DNA of 64,000 nucleotides from contig JBDLJB010000009.1 in NCBI GenBank assembly GCA_039714555.1, positions 17,379 through 81,378 on the forward strand. Reading direction: 5' to 3'. Shown one piece after another: positions 16,927 through 28,448 of this stretch. The notes below the pieces were generated by a model that was given only the letters and a program-made list of their open reading frames with translations, was not told where the DNA came from and did not search any database. This DNA comes from Bacteroidota bacterium (lineage in GTDB: Bacteria > Bacteroidota > Bacteroidia > Flavobacteriales > Flavobacteriaceae). Numbering within the stretch: the first letter of the stretch is position 1; every line of letters starts with the position of its first letter. The position numbers were made by a program, and so were the translations under genes.

Positions 16927-17475
16927 TCATTTACCACCAATCATTTTAGAAACAATTCCTTTTTTTGAAGTCAATTCAGCTAAAATGATACCCGTAAAAT
17001 GTAGAATTAAAAACGGAATTATATAATAAAGGGTTAGTTTATGTATATCTTCAGTTATTTTATGTATCGAATCGGGGCCAAATTTAATTAATAATCCACT
17101 AATTAAGGTTATACCCAGCAAGAAGTAGAAAACTCTGTAAACCCAGGCTTGAAATTTTTCTTTAGCACTTATCGGGTTGAATGTCTTTTTATTGTAAGAA
17201 TGAAAAATCATTCTCAAAATATAAATACCGGTTGCTACATAACCTATTGTGATATGCCATTCAAACATAGGTTGGCGAATTTGTTTGGCAATTTTAATAG
17301 CTTGATCTTTAGTGATCTCAATATCTAAATTTGATAAATTATCCATTAAAATAGCTGCAACATGATTTTTTTCCATCCAGTTTAAACGTAAAAACACGGT
17401 TAACAAAATAAACAGGATGGCAAATGCCAATGCCCAGTGTAAAAGTCTATCGAATAATGTATATGAAGTTTTCAT
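16927..17475 (-). CDS. cytochrome b561 / Ni-hydrogenase b-type cytochrome-like membrane protein
   Basis: Four TM helices with conserved His residues (RLLHWALAF, EWHITIGY, LILHFTG). Confidence 0.5.
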   Translation of the reverse strand: MKTSYTLFDRLLHWALAFAILFILLTVFLRLNWMEKNHVAAILMDNLSNLDIEITKDQAIKIAKQIRQPMFEWHITIGYVATGIYILRMIFHSYNKKTFNPISAKEKFQAWVYRVFYFLLGITLISGLLIKFGPDSIHKITEDIHKLTLYYIIPFLILHFTGIILAELTSKKGIVSKMIGGK

Positions 17476-17535
17476 GAATTAAGCATTAAAAAGGTTTCTA
17501 AATATTTAATGATTGTTGTACAATATCAATTAATT

Positions 17536-20187
17536 TTAAAATAAAGTTGTTTGGCCATCATCTTCAATAGGAGGATCAATTTTATCATTTTCTATTTTAT
17601 TTTGATCAAGATTCTCTTTACTTTTATTGTCAATTATTTCTTCTTCCACTAAATCCACTTCATTGATTTCAGGTTCTTCATAGGGTAGTGGGTCTAATAA
17701 ATTAATATATTTAATTTTTTCAGCAGTAAGCTGATTACCAAGCGATTTAATACCCTTTATTGCGATAAACTCTTCAAGGTTGATTATAAGGTTGTCTAAG
17801 CTCTTTTTTGAAAATATTATTTCTGCTACTGGTCTGTAGTCAACAGCTACAATTTGTAATTGAGTATTTTGATGATTGCTAATAAATTTTTCTTCTTTAT
17901 TAGGATTTTCAATCATAAATCTTTTAACATAATAACGTTCTTTTTCGCCATCAAAATATATAGCTGAAATAGGCTTGTTTGGATTCCATTTCTCTAAAAT
18001 GATCATATTACTTTCAAAATGAATTGTAAGTTTTGGTATGATCGTTTTTACAATACCTTTTTGATTGATGATAAGCAGTCTGTCCTCAGCAGTAAATTCG
18101 CCCAATAGATCACCTCTATTATCAACATTTAACCTTTGCACAGTATTGTCAAACCATATTTTTCGAGGTTTTAATGTAGAAATACCTTTTTCTTTCAATT
18201 CAATCTTTCTTACAGTATTCTTTGTAACTATATTACCACGAGTACTTCTTCCTTTGATAGCCAGATCTGCAAAATCCAGATCCCATTTCAATTTTTTAAT
18301 TTTCACTGATGAGCGTAATAAGACTGTTACTACTTCGGCTTCACCATTAGGATTTGCAGTAAAATATAAAACCTTTGAGTTAACATTTCCATTGGTAAGA
18401 TCATATTCTTTATCCCTGGTAATAGCCGTTACTGCAAATCGTTTCATATAAGTTGTACCACCTTTTCCATCTCGATAGATTAGATTGTAAATGGTACGTT
18501 TATCTCTCTTTTTAAAGACAGCTATATGAATGATATTTTTACCAACAAAAGTCTTAGTATCAACTTTAGTTATGATCATCTTGCCATCTTCTCTAAAAAC
18601 GATAATATCATCAATATCAGCACAATCAGTTACATATTCATCTTTTTTAAGTGATGTACCAATAAAACCTTCTTTGCGATTCACATAAAGCTTTGTATTA
18701 CGCATTACCACTTTGGTTGCAACTATATCTTCAAAAAGCCTTATTTCTGTTTTTCTTTTTTTTCCTTTACCGTATTTGGTTTTTAAATTTTTAAAATAAT
18801 TAATTGCAAAATCAATCAGGTGTTCTAAATTGTGTTTTACCTCCTTGATTCTATCTTCTAAACTTTCAATATTTTGCTTGGCTTTATCAATATCAAATTT
18901 TGATATTTTTTTAATTCTTATTTCCGTCAAGCGGATGATATCCTCTTCAGTTACAGCTCTTTTCAGGTGTTTTATATGGGGTTTTAAACCTTTGTCAATC
19001 GCTTTGATAACACCTTTCCAGGTATCTTCTTCTTCAATATCGCGATAGATCCTATTTTCTATAAAAATACGTTCTAATGAAGCAAAATGCCACTGTTCTT
19101 CAAGTTCGTTTAACTGAATTTCTAACTCACTTTTTAATAGATTGACCGTATGATCTGTAGAGTATTTTAAAGCATCGGAAACACCTATAAAAACAGGTTT
19201 GTTATCTTGAATGATACAGCACAAAGGTGAGATTGACATTTCACAATTTGTAAAGGCAAAAAGTGCATCAATTGTTTTATCAGGTGAAACACCACTGGGT
19301 AAATAAACTAGGATCTCAACGTTTTTAGCTGTATTATCTTCAATACGCTTTATCTTGATCTTACTTTTTTCATTTGCTTTTAAAACAGAATCAATTAATG
19401 ATGATGTAGTTGTTCCAAAAGGAATCTCGGTAATGGCTAAAGTGTTTTTATCAAATTGGGTAATTTTAGCCCTAACTCTTATTTTTCCGCCCTTTTTTCC
19501 ATCATTATAATTGGAAACATCAGCAATACCACCTGTTAAAAAATCAGGATAGATATTAAAGCCTCTTCCTTTTAATATTTTGATGGAGGCATCTATAAGT
19601 TCATTAAAATTATGAGGTAATATTTTTGTTGATAAACCAACAGCTATACCTTCACCTCCTTGTGCTAAAAGCAAAGGAAATTTAACAGGAAGATCAACAG
19701 GTTCTTTTCTTCTTCCATCATAGGATGATTGCCATTCGGTAGTTTTTGGGTTAAAAACTACTTCTAAAGCAAATTTTGATAATCTGGCTTCAATATATCT
19801 TGAGGCAGCAGCTCTGTCACCGGTTAAAATGTTCCCCCAGTTACCCTGCATATCTATCAATAATTCTTTTTGTCCCAATTGTACCATGGCATCGGCAATA
19901 CTAGCATCTCCATGTGGATGATATTGCATGGTATGGCCCACAATATTGGCAACTTTATTATACCTGCCGTCATCCAAATCTTTCATTGACTGCATGATAC
20001 GACGTTGTACCGGTTTGAAACCATCATCAATTGCAGGTACGGCTCTTTCGAGAATTACATAAGAAGCATAATCTAAAAACCAATCCTGATACATACCAGA
20101 CACCTTAGTAATGGCATCATTGGTAGATTCATCTGAAATATTTTCTATTTCCTGATTATTATCTTCTTTATTTATGTTTTCCTCCAT
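17536..20187 (-). CDS. parC: DNA topoisomerase IV subunit A
   Basis: GyrA/ParC N-terminal motifs (YASYVILERAVPAIDDGFKPVQRRI, MQYHPHGDASI). It lies directly downstream of the ParE-like gene and has the length typical of Bacteroidota ParC. Confidence 0.85.
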   Translation of the reverse strand: MEENINKEDNNQEIENISDESTNDAITKVSGMYQDWFLDYASYVILERAVPAIDDGFKPVQRRIMQSMKDLDDGRYNKVANIVGHTMQYHPHGDASIADAMVQLGQKELLIDMQGNWGNILTGDRAAASRYIEARLSKFALEVVFNPKTTEWQSSYDGRRKEPVDLPVKFPLLLAQGGEGIAVGLSTKILPHNFNELIDASIKILKGRGFNIYPDFLTGGIADVSNYNDGKKGGKIRVRAKITQFDKNTLAITEIPFGTTTSSLIDSVLKANEKSKIKIKRIEDNTAKNVEILVYLPSGVSPDKTIDALFAFTNCEMSISPLCCIIQDNKPVFIGVSDALKYSTDHTVNLLKSELEIQLNELEEQWHFASLERIFIENRIYRDIEEEDTWKGVIKAIDKGLKPHIKHLKRAVTEEDIIRLTEIRIKKISKFDIDKAKQNIESLEDRIKEVKHNLEHLIDFAINYFKNLKTKYGKGKKRKTEIRLFEDIVATKVVMRNTKLYVNRKEGFIGTSLKKDEYVTDCADIDDIIVFREDGKMIITKVDTKTFVGKNIIHIAVFKKRDKRTIYNLIYRDGKGGTTYMKRFAVTAITRDKEYDLTNGNVNSKVLYFTANPNGEAEVVTVLLRSSVKIKKLKWDLDFADLAIKGRSTRGNIVTKNTVRKIELKEKGISTLKPRKIWFDNTVQRLNVDNRGDLLGEFTAEDRLLIINQKGIVKTIIPKLTIHFESNMIILEKWNPNKPISAIYFDGEKERYYVKRFMIENPNKEEKFISNHQNTQLQIVAVDYRPVAEIIFSKKSLDNLIINLEEFIAIKGIKSLGNQLTAEKIKYINLLDPLPYEEPEINEVDLVEEEIIDNKSKENLDQNKIENDKIDPPIEDDGQTTLF

Positions 20188-20264
20188 ATATTTAAATCAT
20201 ATAGAATTAATTAACTACATTATTTTGTAGTTAAAAGATGATTATCTTGTTTAATTTCTTGTTG

Positions 20265-22127
20265 TTAAGACGCATCATCTTCAATTAAATCCATTTCTAC
20301 TTTAAGATTATTGATAATAAATTTTTGTCTGTCAGGAGTATTTTTACCCATATAGAAAGTCAATAAATTTTCTATAGATGTTTCTTTGTCTAACATCACA
20401 GGGTCTAACCTGATATCTTTACCAATAAAATGAGTAAATTCATTGGGTGAAATTTCTCCTAAACCCTTAAAACGAGTTATTTCGGGTTTTCCTTTTAATT
20501 TAATTATAGCATTTTTTCTTTCATTTTCACTATAGCAATAAAATGTTTCTTTTTTATCTCTAACTCTAAAGAGTGGCGTATCTAAAATATACAAATGACC
20601 TTCTTTAATTACTTCCGGGAAAAATTGTAAAAAGAAAGTGATTAAAAGTAAACGAATATGCATTCCGTCAACATCAGCATCGGTTGCAATTACAATATTG
20701 TTATAGCGCAAATTTTCAATACCATCTTCAATATTCAAAGCGGCCTGAAGTAAATTGAATTCCTCATTCTCATAAACAATTTTCTTACTCAATCCAAATG
20801 AATTCAATGGTTTACCTTTAAGGCTAAATACAGCTTGGGTATTGACATTTCTTGATTTTGTTATAGAACCACTTGCAGAATCACCCTCAGTGATAAACAA
20901 GGTACTGTCAAGTCGATTGTCTTTTTTCATATCACCTAAATGGATACGGCAATCACGTAATTTTTTATTGTGTAAACTTGCTTTTTTAGCTCTTTCCCGA
21001 GCTAATTTTCTAATTCCGGAAAGTTCTTTTCGCTCTTTTTCGGCTTGTATGATCTTTCTTTGAATCTTTTCTGCAGTTTCAGGATTTCTGTGAAGATAAT
21101 TATCTAATTTTCGTTTTACAAAGTCATTTATAAATGTTCTCACAGTTGGTAAATCACCACCCATATCAGTAGAACCTAATTTGGTTTTTGTTTGACTCTC
21201 AAAAACCGGTTCCATTACTTTAATGCTAATGGCGGCAACAATTGATTTTCGTATGTCAGAAGATTCGAAATTCTTACCAAAAAATTCACGGATTGTTTTT
21301 ACAATCGATTCTCTAAAAGCATTTTGATGAGTACCACCTTGAGTAGTGTGCTGACCATTGACAAACGAATGGTATTCTTCACTATACTGAGCTTTACTAT
21401 AAGTTATTGCAACTTCAATATCTTCTCCATTTAAATGAATGATCGGAAATAATGTATCCTTCTCATTGATATTTTCTGAGAGAAGGTCTTTTAAACCATT
21501 TTCAGAAAAATATTTATCACCGTTAAAAAGAATATTTAAACCCGTATTGAGATATACGTAATTCTTGATCATTTTAACAATGTACTCATTTCGGTATTTG
21601 TAATGAAGAAAAATACTGGTATCAGGAACAAAAGTTACTTTTGTTCCTCGTCTTAAACTTGAATTTTGTGCTGGTTCTTCATTTATTAATTCACCTCTTT
21701 CAAATTCGGCAATAACAGTTTTATCATCTCTAATTGACTGTACTTTAAAAGAATTTGATAATGCATTTACTGCTTTGGTACCAACACCATTCAAACCAAC
21801 CGATTTTTTAAAAGCTTTAGAGTCATATTTACCACCGGTATTCATTTTAGAAACAACATCAACAACTTTTCCCAAAGGAATACCTCTACCATAATCTCTA
21901 ATGTTAACAGTATTATTTTTTACCTGTACATCAATAGATTTACCTGCACCCATTACATATTCATCAATAGAGTTGTCCATTACTTCTTTGATCAATATAT
22001 AAATACCATCATCTGGCGAAGATCCGTCACCTAATTTACCAATATACATACCCGGTCTCATTCTTATGTGTTCTTTCCAGTCGAGAGAGCGAATGTTATC
22101 TTCGGTATATGTAGTTTGTTTTGCCAT
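20265..22127 (-). CDS. parE: DNA topoisomerase IV subunit B
   Basis: GHKL ATPase and Toprim motifs ([45 protein letters not shown]). At 620 aa it lacks the GyrB insert. Confidence 0.85.
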   Translation of the reverse strand: MAKQTTYTEDNIRSLDWKEHIRMRPGMYIGKLGDGSSPDDGIYILIKEVMDNSIDEYVMGAGKSIDVQVKNNTVNIRDYGRGIPLGKVVDVVSKMNTGGKYDSKAFKKSVGLNGVGTKAVNALSNSFKVQSIRDDKTVIAEFERGELINEEPAQNSSLRRGTKVTFVPDTSIFLHYKYRNEYIVKMIKNYVYLNTGLNILFNGDKYFSENGLKDLLSENINEKDTLFPIIHLNGEDIEVAITYSKAQYSEEYHSFVNGQHTTQGGTHQNAFRESIVKTIREFFGKNFESSDIRKSIVAAISIKVMEPVFESQTKTKLGSTDMGGDLPTVRTFINDFVKRKLDNYLHRNPETAEKIQRKIIQAEKERKELSGIRKLARERAKKASLHNKKLRDCRIHLGDMKKDNRLDSTLFITEGDSASGSITKSRNVNTQAVFSLKGKPLNSFGLSKKIVYENEEFNLLQAALNIEDGIENLRYNNIVIATDADVDGMHIRLLLITFFLQFFPEVIKEGHLYILDTPLFRVRDKKETFYCYSENERKNAIIKLKGKPEITRFKGLGEISPNEFTHFIGKDIRLDPVMLDKETSIENLLTFYMGKNTPDRQKFIINNLKVEMDLIEDDAS

Positions 22128-22253
22128 TAAAAATATTGGATTAAGAATGGTTGCTAAAGTAGTAATTAAGCGGAAAATATAAAAAAGTAAATAGACTTTT
22201 TATTAACATTTGTATTAAAAACTATTTTAGTATTTTTACATAAACTTAATGAA

Positions 22254-23021
22254 ATGATTAAAAAGCAAATACCCAATATTTTTACATTACTAAATTTACT
22301 ATCTGGACTTGTAGCTATTATAATGGCTTTATCTGATAGACTGGTAGAAGCTGCATTTTTTGTGATGCTGGGAATATTCTTTGATTTTTTTGATGGTTTT
22401 TTTGCAAGAATGTTAAATGTACAAGGTGAATTTGGTAAACAATTAGATTCGTTGGCTGATGTGGTAACTTCGGGTGTTGTACCAGGTATTGTAATGTTTC
22501 AACTATTGCTTTATTCAACAAAACAACAGTGGTTTATGCAAATGAGTAACGAATTAGGTCAATGGACAACTTTTGAACAGATCAATATACAAATTTTACC
22601 TTTTTTTGGATTGATTATTCCTTTGGCATCTGCTTATAGATTGGCAAAATTTAATATAGATGAAAGACAAACAGATTCTTTTATTGGTATGCCTACACCT
22701 GCATTTGCACTATTTGTTGTATCATTACCTTTGATATTAAGCTATTCAGATAAACAATTTTTTATTGATTTGATCCATAATAAATATGTTCTTATTGCAA
22801 TAACAATTATTGGAAGTTTTTTATTAAACGCTGAATTACCTTTGTTTTCATTAAAATTTAAAAATTATTCTTGGACAGATAATAAAATCAAATATATTTT
22901 TATTTTTCTAACAATAATATTATTAATTTCTTTGCAAACTGTGGCAATACCTTTAGTAATTATAATTTATGTTTTCATTTCGATAATTGAAAATCTAAAG
23001 CAAAAAAATAAGGTTATTTAA
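22254..23021 (+). CDS. pssA: CDP-diacylglycerol--serine O-phosphatidyltransferase (CDP-alcohol phosphatidyltransferase family)
   Basis: Contains the family motif DG..AR...G...D...D, seen here as DFFDGFFARMLNVQGEFGKQLDSLADVV. Multi-TM protein. Confidence 0.8.
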   Translation: MIKKQIPNIFTLLNLLSGLVAIIMALSDRLVEAAFFVMLGIFFDFFDGFFARMLNVQGEFGKQLDSLADVVTSGVVPGIVMFQLLLYSTKQQWFMQMSNELGQWTTFEQINIQILPFFGLIIPLASAYRLAKFNIDERQTDSFIGMPTPAFALFVVSLPLILSYSDKQFFIDLIHNKYVLIAITIIGSFLLNAELPLFSLKFKNYSWTDNKIKYIFIFLTIILLISLQTVAIPLVIIIYVFISIIENLKQKNKVI

Positions 23022-23065
23022 ATTTTAAATAACCTCATCTTCAATATATTAAACTATATTATTTG

Positions 23066-23614
23066 CTATTTTGCTTCATATTTAAAATGTTGTCCACCTA
23101 TTGAGGCTTCATACATTAATCCACCTTTTGTTCTTGTAAAAACAGCAACTCCGTTAGAATAGGCTACATCAATGGATACACCCTTCTTTATAGCTACAGC
23201 TGAAGCCTGGGCATCAAATTTTAATTTTCCATTCGTAAAATGTTCAAAAGATTCTTTGTTTTCAAAGAATATTACTTCACTGTATTGTTGACCACCTGCT
23301 TGCAATCCAAATGATGCTTGTATTAATTTCGATTCGCCAACAGCCTTATCTCCTTGAAAAACTATACCTTTACCTACAGCTCCACCTACACCTAAGCCAG
23401 CTTTGGTTATTTTTGGAAAAACTGCATACCCATAAGCATTAGATTTGAATGTAACTAGTTTTGGAGTTTCTTCTAACATTTTATTTAGTTCAGTTTTAGA
23501 ATCATTCATCAATTCAGGATTCCACCCACCAACTTGAGCATTCATTGTAAATGATAGAGCTAAGCTGATAAAGAATAAAAATACATGTGATTTTAATATA
23601 TTAATTTTTTTCAT
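23066..23614 (-). CDS. SYLF (Ysc84/DUF500) lipid-binding domain protein, secreted
   Basis: Signal peptide, then YAVFPKITKAGLGVGGAVGKGIVF and FGLQAGGQQYSEVIFF repeats typical of SYLF. Confidence 0.7.
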   Translation of the reverse strand: MKKINILKSHVFLFFISLALSFTMNAQVGGWNPELMNDSKTELNKMLEETPKLVTFKSNAYGYAVFPKITKAGLGVGGAVGKGIVFQGDKAVGESKLIQASFGLQAGGQQYSEVIFFENKESFEHFTNGKLKFDAQASAVAIKKGVSIDVAYSNGVAVFTRTKGGLMYEASIGGQHFKYEAK

Positions 23615-23829
23615 AAATAATTATTTAGGGATTCATAATAAACCAAAGTTAAGCAATTTTTAAATTGGTTATGTAATTAATGTTCTAAAAATATTTTAGC
23701 ATTTATACAATTTTTTTAACATTTTAAGGTTATCACTTTATATAATTATAAATTATGTAATAAAATTCCTCCCTGTTTTATATATAGTATTATTTTTTTT
23801 CGAACTAATTAATTTATTAAGAGTTTATT

Positions 23830-26800
23830 ATGAAAACTATAAACCTAACAGCTCTGTTAAAATATCTCTTCCTGTTTACTGTTTTGGGCACAGTATATTC
23901 TTATGCGCAAACAACAACTCCTTTTGCTAAAAGGTATGAAACTTCGGGAATCAATGGAGATTTGACCATAATTGGTAATTCAATTTTGGGAGAGAGCAGT
24001 GACACTCCATATGATGGAACTACACAAAATAACTATATTGATATGGTTTTTATTGACATTGATGGAGATGCTACAACATTTAGTTCCAGTAGTGCTACTT
24101 TTACAACAGGAAGTTGTAATAGAGTGGTGTATGCCGGATTATATTGGGGGGCTGTTTCTTCACCGTCAACTCCAGCTCCAAATCAAATCAAATTTAAAAT
24201 ACCTGGAGGTACATATCAAGATATTACTGCCGAAGCTACTCTTGATTTGATATATTATAAAGATGTTACAAGTATTTTAAACACTAATACTAATCCTTCA
24301 GGAGAATATTTTGTAGCTAATGTAAATGCTACTGAAGCCAGAGGTAATTCAGCAGGATGGTCATTGGTTATTGTTTTTGAAGATGCTACAGAATCTCGAA
24401 AATATATTTCTACTTTTGATGGTTTTTCTGCAGTTAGAGATGCTCCATATGAAAGTGTGGAATTTAATTATTCTGGGTTTGTAACTCCACCATCAGGTGC
24501 TGTTGAAGGTAGAGTTGGAGTTGCTGCATTAGAAGGAGATCTAGGTTGGTATGGAGACCAAATGTTGTTTAAAGCAGATAACAATGCAAATTTCACAGCA
24601 TTACATGATGCTGAAAACGAAGAAAATAATTTCTTTAATAGTAAGATCACAAATAATGGTGCACAAGTAACAGATAGGAATCTTAATAGTACAAATACTT
24701 TAGGATGGGATCAAAAACTACTTGATCTAACAGCTTTAAATTCGGGTAATAGTTTAATTGGTAATGGTGAAACAGGAGCTACTGTTAGAGTCACCAATGA
24801 TATTGGAGGTGACTGGATCTATACATTTTTAAACACTTTTGCGATTAACATAATTGAACCTAATTTACAGGTTGTTACCAGTGTTGAGGATACTTCTGGA
24901 AATAATATTACACTTAATTCGCCAGTTCCATTAGGGGCAACAGTTTGGTATAATATTAATTTTCAAAATGTTGGGACTGATAATGCACAAAATACTTATA
25001 TTTTAAACACTATTCCTAGTAATGTAACTTTAGATGAAAGTTCTATGCAACTTCCGGCTGGTGTAACTTATACATTTAGTCCGGTAACTAGAGAATTACG
25101 TTTTGATATTCCGAATTCTTTGGTAGAAAGAGAATTACTTTCTACATCGCATGATATTCGTTACCAAGTTATAGCATCTGATGATTGTTTTGATTATACT
25201 GATGCTTGTACGAATTTATTGATCAACAGTATCACTTCCTATTATGATGGAGAAACTTCAGGTGATAATATAACTGGCCAACCCGGTTTAAACGGAATTA
25301 ACGGATGTGGTTTGGGTAGTGTTGGTTCAATGGATTTATTTGTTGATACAAGTACTTGTTCGTTTGATAGTGAATTATTTATGTGTAATAATTCACTTAC
25401 TTTTGAAGGTGATGATGGTTATGATACTTATATCTGGACTGATTCAAGTGGTACTGTAATTGGAAATACAAAAGAAATTACTGTAAGCGGGCCAGGTGTT
25501 TATACTGCAACACAAAGAAGAACCGGTTGTACAGAAACTATAAGAGTAGTTACTGTATTTGGTTTAGACGTTACAGTTACTCCTTCTGATGCTCTTTGTA
25601 AGGATAGTGAAAACGGTAAAGTTAATATAACTGTTAATGAAGCTTCAAATTCATATTCTTATGAATTGTACCAAGGTAGCACTTTATTGGATTCTGAAAA
25701 TTCAATAACTTCCAGTTCTTATACTTTTGAAGGTTTGGATATTGGAAACTATCAGGTAAAAGCAATTAAAGAAGATGGTTGTTTTGCTATAACTCCTTTT
25801 AGTATTGCTGAGCCAACTCTATTAGAATCTTCAGCAACGAAGATTAATAATGTAACTACTTGTAACGGAGCCGTTTTAAATGGTAAAGTTCAAGTTTCGG
25901 CTACAGGAGGTATACCACCTTATTCTTATAGTATTGATAATGGAGTAACTTATCAAACAGAAGATATTTTTTCTGTACCAACCGAAAAAACATATAGTAT
26001 AACAGCAAAAGATGCTAACGGTTGTACTGCAATTGCAACGGTTGATGTTGGTTTTGATCCGGAATTGATCTATGAGATCACTAAAGAAGATGTGATTTGT
26101 GTTGGAAATACTGATGGTTCAATAAGAATTGACATGACCAATAATCAAGGTTATGGAGTTACTTATAGTATTGATGGTGGGAATTCTTATCAAAATTCAC
26201 CTCAATTTAATAATTTATCAAAAGGATCGTATGAAATAATCATTCGTAAAGAAAAAGAATTGAATAGTTGTGAAACGCCAATAGCTATAGAAATTGAACA
26301 ATTAGTGTATTTAAAATTGGAGGCTACAACCGATTTCTCATGTGAAAACGCAGGTACAACAATTATTGCACAAGTTGATCCTCTCTATGATAATCAGGTT
26401 ACTTATACATTAGATGGTAATTTAAGCCAAGCCTCAGGAATATTTGAAAATGTTCCTTACGGAGAGCATACGGTTACTGTAAAACACAATGATTATGGTT
26501 GTTCTGATGAACCGGTTATAGTAAATGTTGAAAATTATTCACCAATTACTTTTACTATTGAAAATACTTTTATAAATGAATATACAGTTATTGCTTCCGG
26601 TGGATTACCTGGTTACGAATACAGTTTTGATTCACCAGATGATTTTAGTGATAATAATGTATTGCATATAAGAAACAGTCGAGATTATACTTTTTATGTA
26701 AGAGATGAAAAAGGTTGTGTTGTTGAACAAACTGTATTTTTAGAATTTTTAGATATTGAAATACCTGATTTCTTCACTCCGGAAGGAGATGGTATTAATG

Positions 26801-27021
26801 ATACCTGGTATCCGATAAATATTCAGGCTTATCCAAATATTACTGTTAAAGTTTTTGATAGATACCAACGATTGATTGGAAGTTATAAAGGTATTCATAG
26901 TTCATGGGATGGGAATTATGATGGTAAACCGCTGCCAAGTGGAGATTATTGGTATGTTATTAAATTGAATTATCAAGCTGATAATAGAGAGTATAAAGGT
27001 AATTTCTCACTAATTAGATAA
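23830..27021 (+). CDS. large cell-surface adhesin-like protein with SprB-type repeats and a T9SS type B C-terminal sorting domain
   Basis: Signal peptide, then repeated C..(N/D)G.I...GG.PPYSYS-type modules. C-terminus: FFTPEGDGINDTWYP...VFDRYQRLI...WDGNYDGKPLPSGDYWYVIKL...GNFSLIR. Confidence 0.85.
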   Translation: MKTINLTALLKYLFLFTVLGTVYSYAQTTTPFAKRYETSGINGDLTIIGNSILGESSDTPYDGTTQNNYIDMVFIDIDGDATTFSSSSATFTTGSCNRVVYAGLYWGAVSSPSTPAPNQIKFKIPGGTYQDITAEATLDLIYYKDVTSILNTNTNPSGEYFVANVNATEARGNSAGWSLVIVFEDATESRKYISTFDGFSAVRDAPYESVEFNYSGFVTPPSGAVEGRVGVAALEGDLGWYGDQMLFKADNNANFTALHDAENEENNFFNSKITNNGAQVTDRNLNSTNTLGWDQKLLDLTALNSGNSLIGNGETGATVRVTNDIGGDWIYTFLNTFAINIIEPNLQVVTSVEDTSGNNITLNSPVPLGATVWYNINFQNVGTDNAQNTYILNTIPSNVTLDESSMQLPAGVTYTFSPVTRELRFDIPNSLVERELLSTSHDIRYQVIASDDCFDYTDACTNLLINSITSYYDGETSGDNITGQPGLNGINGCGLGSVGSMDLFVDTSTCSFDSELFMCNNSLTFEGDDGYDTYIWTDSSGTVIGNTKEITVSGPGVYTATQRRTGCTETIRVVTVFGLDVTVTPSDALCKDSENGKVNITVNEASNSYSYELYQGSTLLDSENSITSSSYTFEGLDIGNYQVKAIKEDGCFAITPFSIAEPTLLESSATKINNVTTCNGAVLNGKVQVSATGGIPPYSYSIDNGVTYQTEDIFSVPTEKTYSITAKDANGCTAIATVDVGFDPELIYEITKEDVICVGNTDGSIRIDMTNNQGYGVTYSIDGGNSYQNSPQFNNLSKGSYEIIIRKEKELNSCETPIAIEIEQLVYLKLEATTDFSCENAGTTIIAQVDPLYDNQVTYTLDGNLSQASGIFENVPYGEHTVTVKHNDYGCSDEPVIVNVENYSPITFTIENTFINEYTVIASGGLPGYEYSFDSPDDFSDNNVLHIRNSRDYTFYVRDEKGCVVEQTVFLEFLDIEIPDFFTPEGDGINDTWYPINIQAYPNITVKVFDRYQRLIGSYKGIHSSWDGNYDGKPLPSGDYWYVIKLNYQADNREYKGNFSLIR

Positions 27022-27028
27022 AAAAGAA

Positions 27029-27967
27029 ATGAAAAAGTTTATAATAATATTGATTTTTGTTTTTGCTTTAACTGGAAATGCACAAGAATTTAAAATGTCG
27101 CCTTACACGCAATATTTGGTTGAAAATCCATTTTCAATATCTCCAGCCTATGCCGGGATTGATGAAAATATTCATCGATTGCGATTATCAGGAGTGTTTC
27201 AATGGGTTGGATTGAAAGATGCGCCAAACACTCAAATCGTTACATATGATACTAAGATTTTAGACAGATCGGGTGTTGGAGGTATATTGTATTTAGATAA
27301 AAATGGAAATACTTCTCAAACTGGTGGTCAAATAAGTTTTGCACATCATTTAACGATCAATGACGAGAATAATCAATACATCTCATTTGGTATTTCTTAT
27401 AAGTTTGTTCAATTTAAAATAGATGTTTCTGATTTTGAAAATGCTGATAGTGATCCAAATATTGGAGCTGACATATCTTCGTTCAATTCAAATTTTGAAG
27501 TAGCTGCATTATACAAACTGCAAGGTTTCTTCTTTAGTTTGAATGCATCCAATATATTGAATAAGAGTGTAAAGGTTTTTGATGACTCAGAACCAAAAAA
27601 ACTACGAAATTATTATGTTTATACAGGCTATATTTTTAAACTTAAAAATGAGGAATATGAATTAGAACCTTCATTGTATTTTAAATATTATGAAAGTGAT
27701 AATCGTTCTATATCTGACATTAACTTCAAAGCTAGAAAATATACAAAAGATGGTTATATGTGGGCTGGTTTAACTGCTCGTTTTATCAACGATCAAAGTT
27801 TTGAGCCTTTGTATTTTTCTCCTTTGTTAGGACTTAAAAAACAAAAATTTTATGTAGGTTATGGGTTTCAGTACAATATAAATGAATCTCAAGAGTTAAA
27901 TAATGGTGGAACCCACTTGTTAACTATTGGTTATGATTTTGATCGTACTCAAAATACAAGATGGTAA
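27029..27967 (+). CDS. PorP/SprF family type IX secretion system membrane protein
   Basis: Signal peptide, then SPYTQYLVENPFSISPAYAG and RLSGVFQWVGLKDAPNTQ motifs. Starts 7 nt after the type B cargo gene. Confidence 0.85.
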   Translation: MKKFIIILIFVFALTGNAQEFKMSPYTQYLVENPFSISPAYAGIDENIHRLRLSGVFQWVGLKDAPNTQIVTYDTKILDRSGVGGILYLDKNGNTSQTGGQISFAHHLTINDENNQYISFGISYKFVQFKIDVSDFENADSDPNIGADISSFNSNFEVAALYKLQGFFFSLNASNILNKSVKVFDDSEPKKLRNYYVYTGYIFKLKNEEYELEPSLYFKYYESDNRSISDINFKARKYTKDGYMWAGLTARFINDQSFEPLYFSPLLGLKKQKFYVGYGFQYNINESQELNNGGTHLLTIGYDFDRTQNTRW

Positions 27968-28123
27968 TTTTGGAAAAGTAAAAAAAAATTGTATCATGAG
28001 AAATATTAAAATAATATTATTTGTTTTGTTAGCAATTATTTTGAGCATGTCAACCTTTGGTTAGACAATCAATAATAAATTGAGATCCTCTGAATAATTA
28101 ATAATAATTTAAAATAATTTAAA

Positions 28124-28438
28124 ATGAAAAAAATACATTTTATTGCAGTAATTATTGGTTTTGTTTTTTTTAACATGAATAGTGTTAATGCACAAAAAGT
28201 TGAAAAAAGCAATGAAATTGTTTATAAGACCACTGTAAAGGAAACACCTCAGAAAGTAAAAGAGGCACTTAAGGATTACTCTGGTTATAAAATTTCTCAA
28301 AAAGCTACTTATACTAAAAATAGTAAAGGGAAAATGTATAAATTTAAAGTTGAGAAAGGCAACTGGTCACATTACCTGTTAATTGATGAAAGTGGTAAAA
28401 TTGTTGCTATTGAAACCGGTGAACATAAAAGTAGTTAA
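28124..28438 (+). CDS. small secreted protein, possibly PepSY-like fold
   Basis: Signal peptide MKKIHFIAVIIGFVFFNMNSVNAQ. The pattern ...P.KVKEALKDY.GYKI...YKFKVEKG...LLIDESGKIV resembles PepSY-like beta-lactamase-inhibitor-like repeats. Confidence 0.45.
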   Translation: MKKIHFIAVIIGFVFFNMNSVNAQKVEKSNEIVYKTTVKETPQKVKEALKDYSGYKISQKATYTKNSKGKMYKFKVEKGNWSHYLLIDESGKIVAIETGEHKSS

Positions 28439-28448
28439 GTTAATTGTA

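Noticed and set aside
27996-28064. 22-aa ORF MRNIKIILFVLLAIILSMSTFG-stop that looks like an isolated signal peptide
   Set aside because: It could be the remnant of a truncated secreted-protein gene or a chance ORF. There is no downstream in-frame continuation and no conservation evidence.
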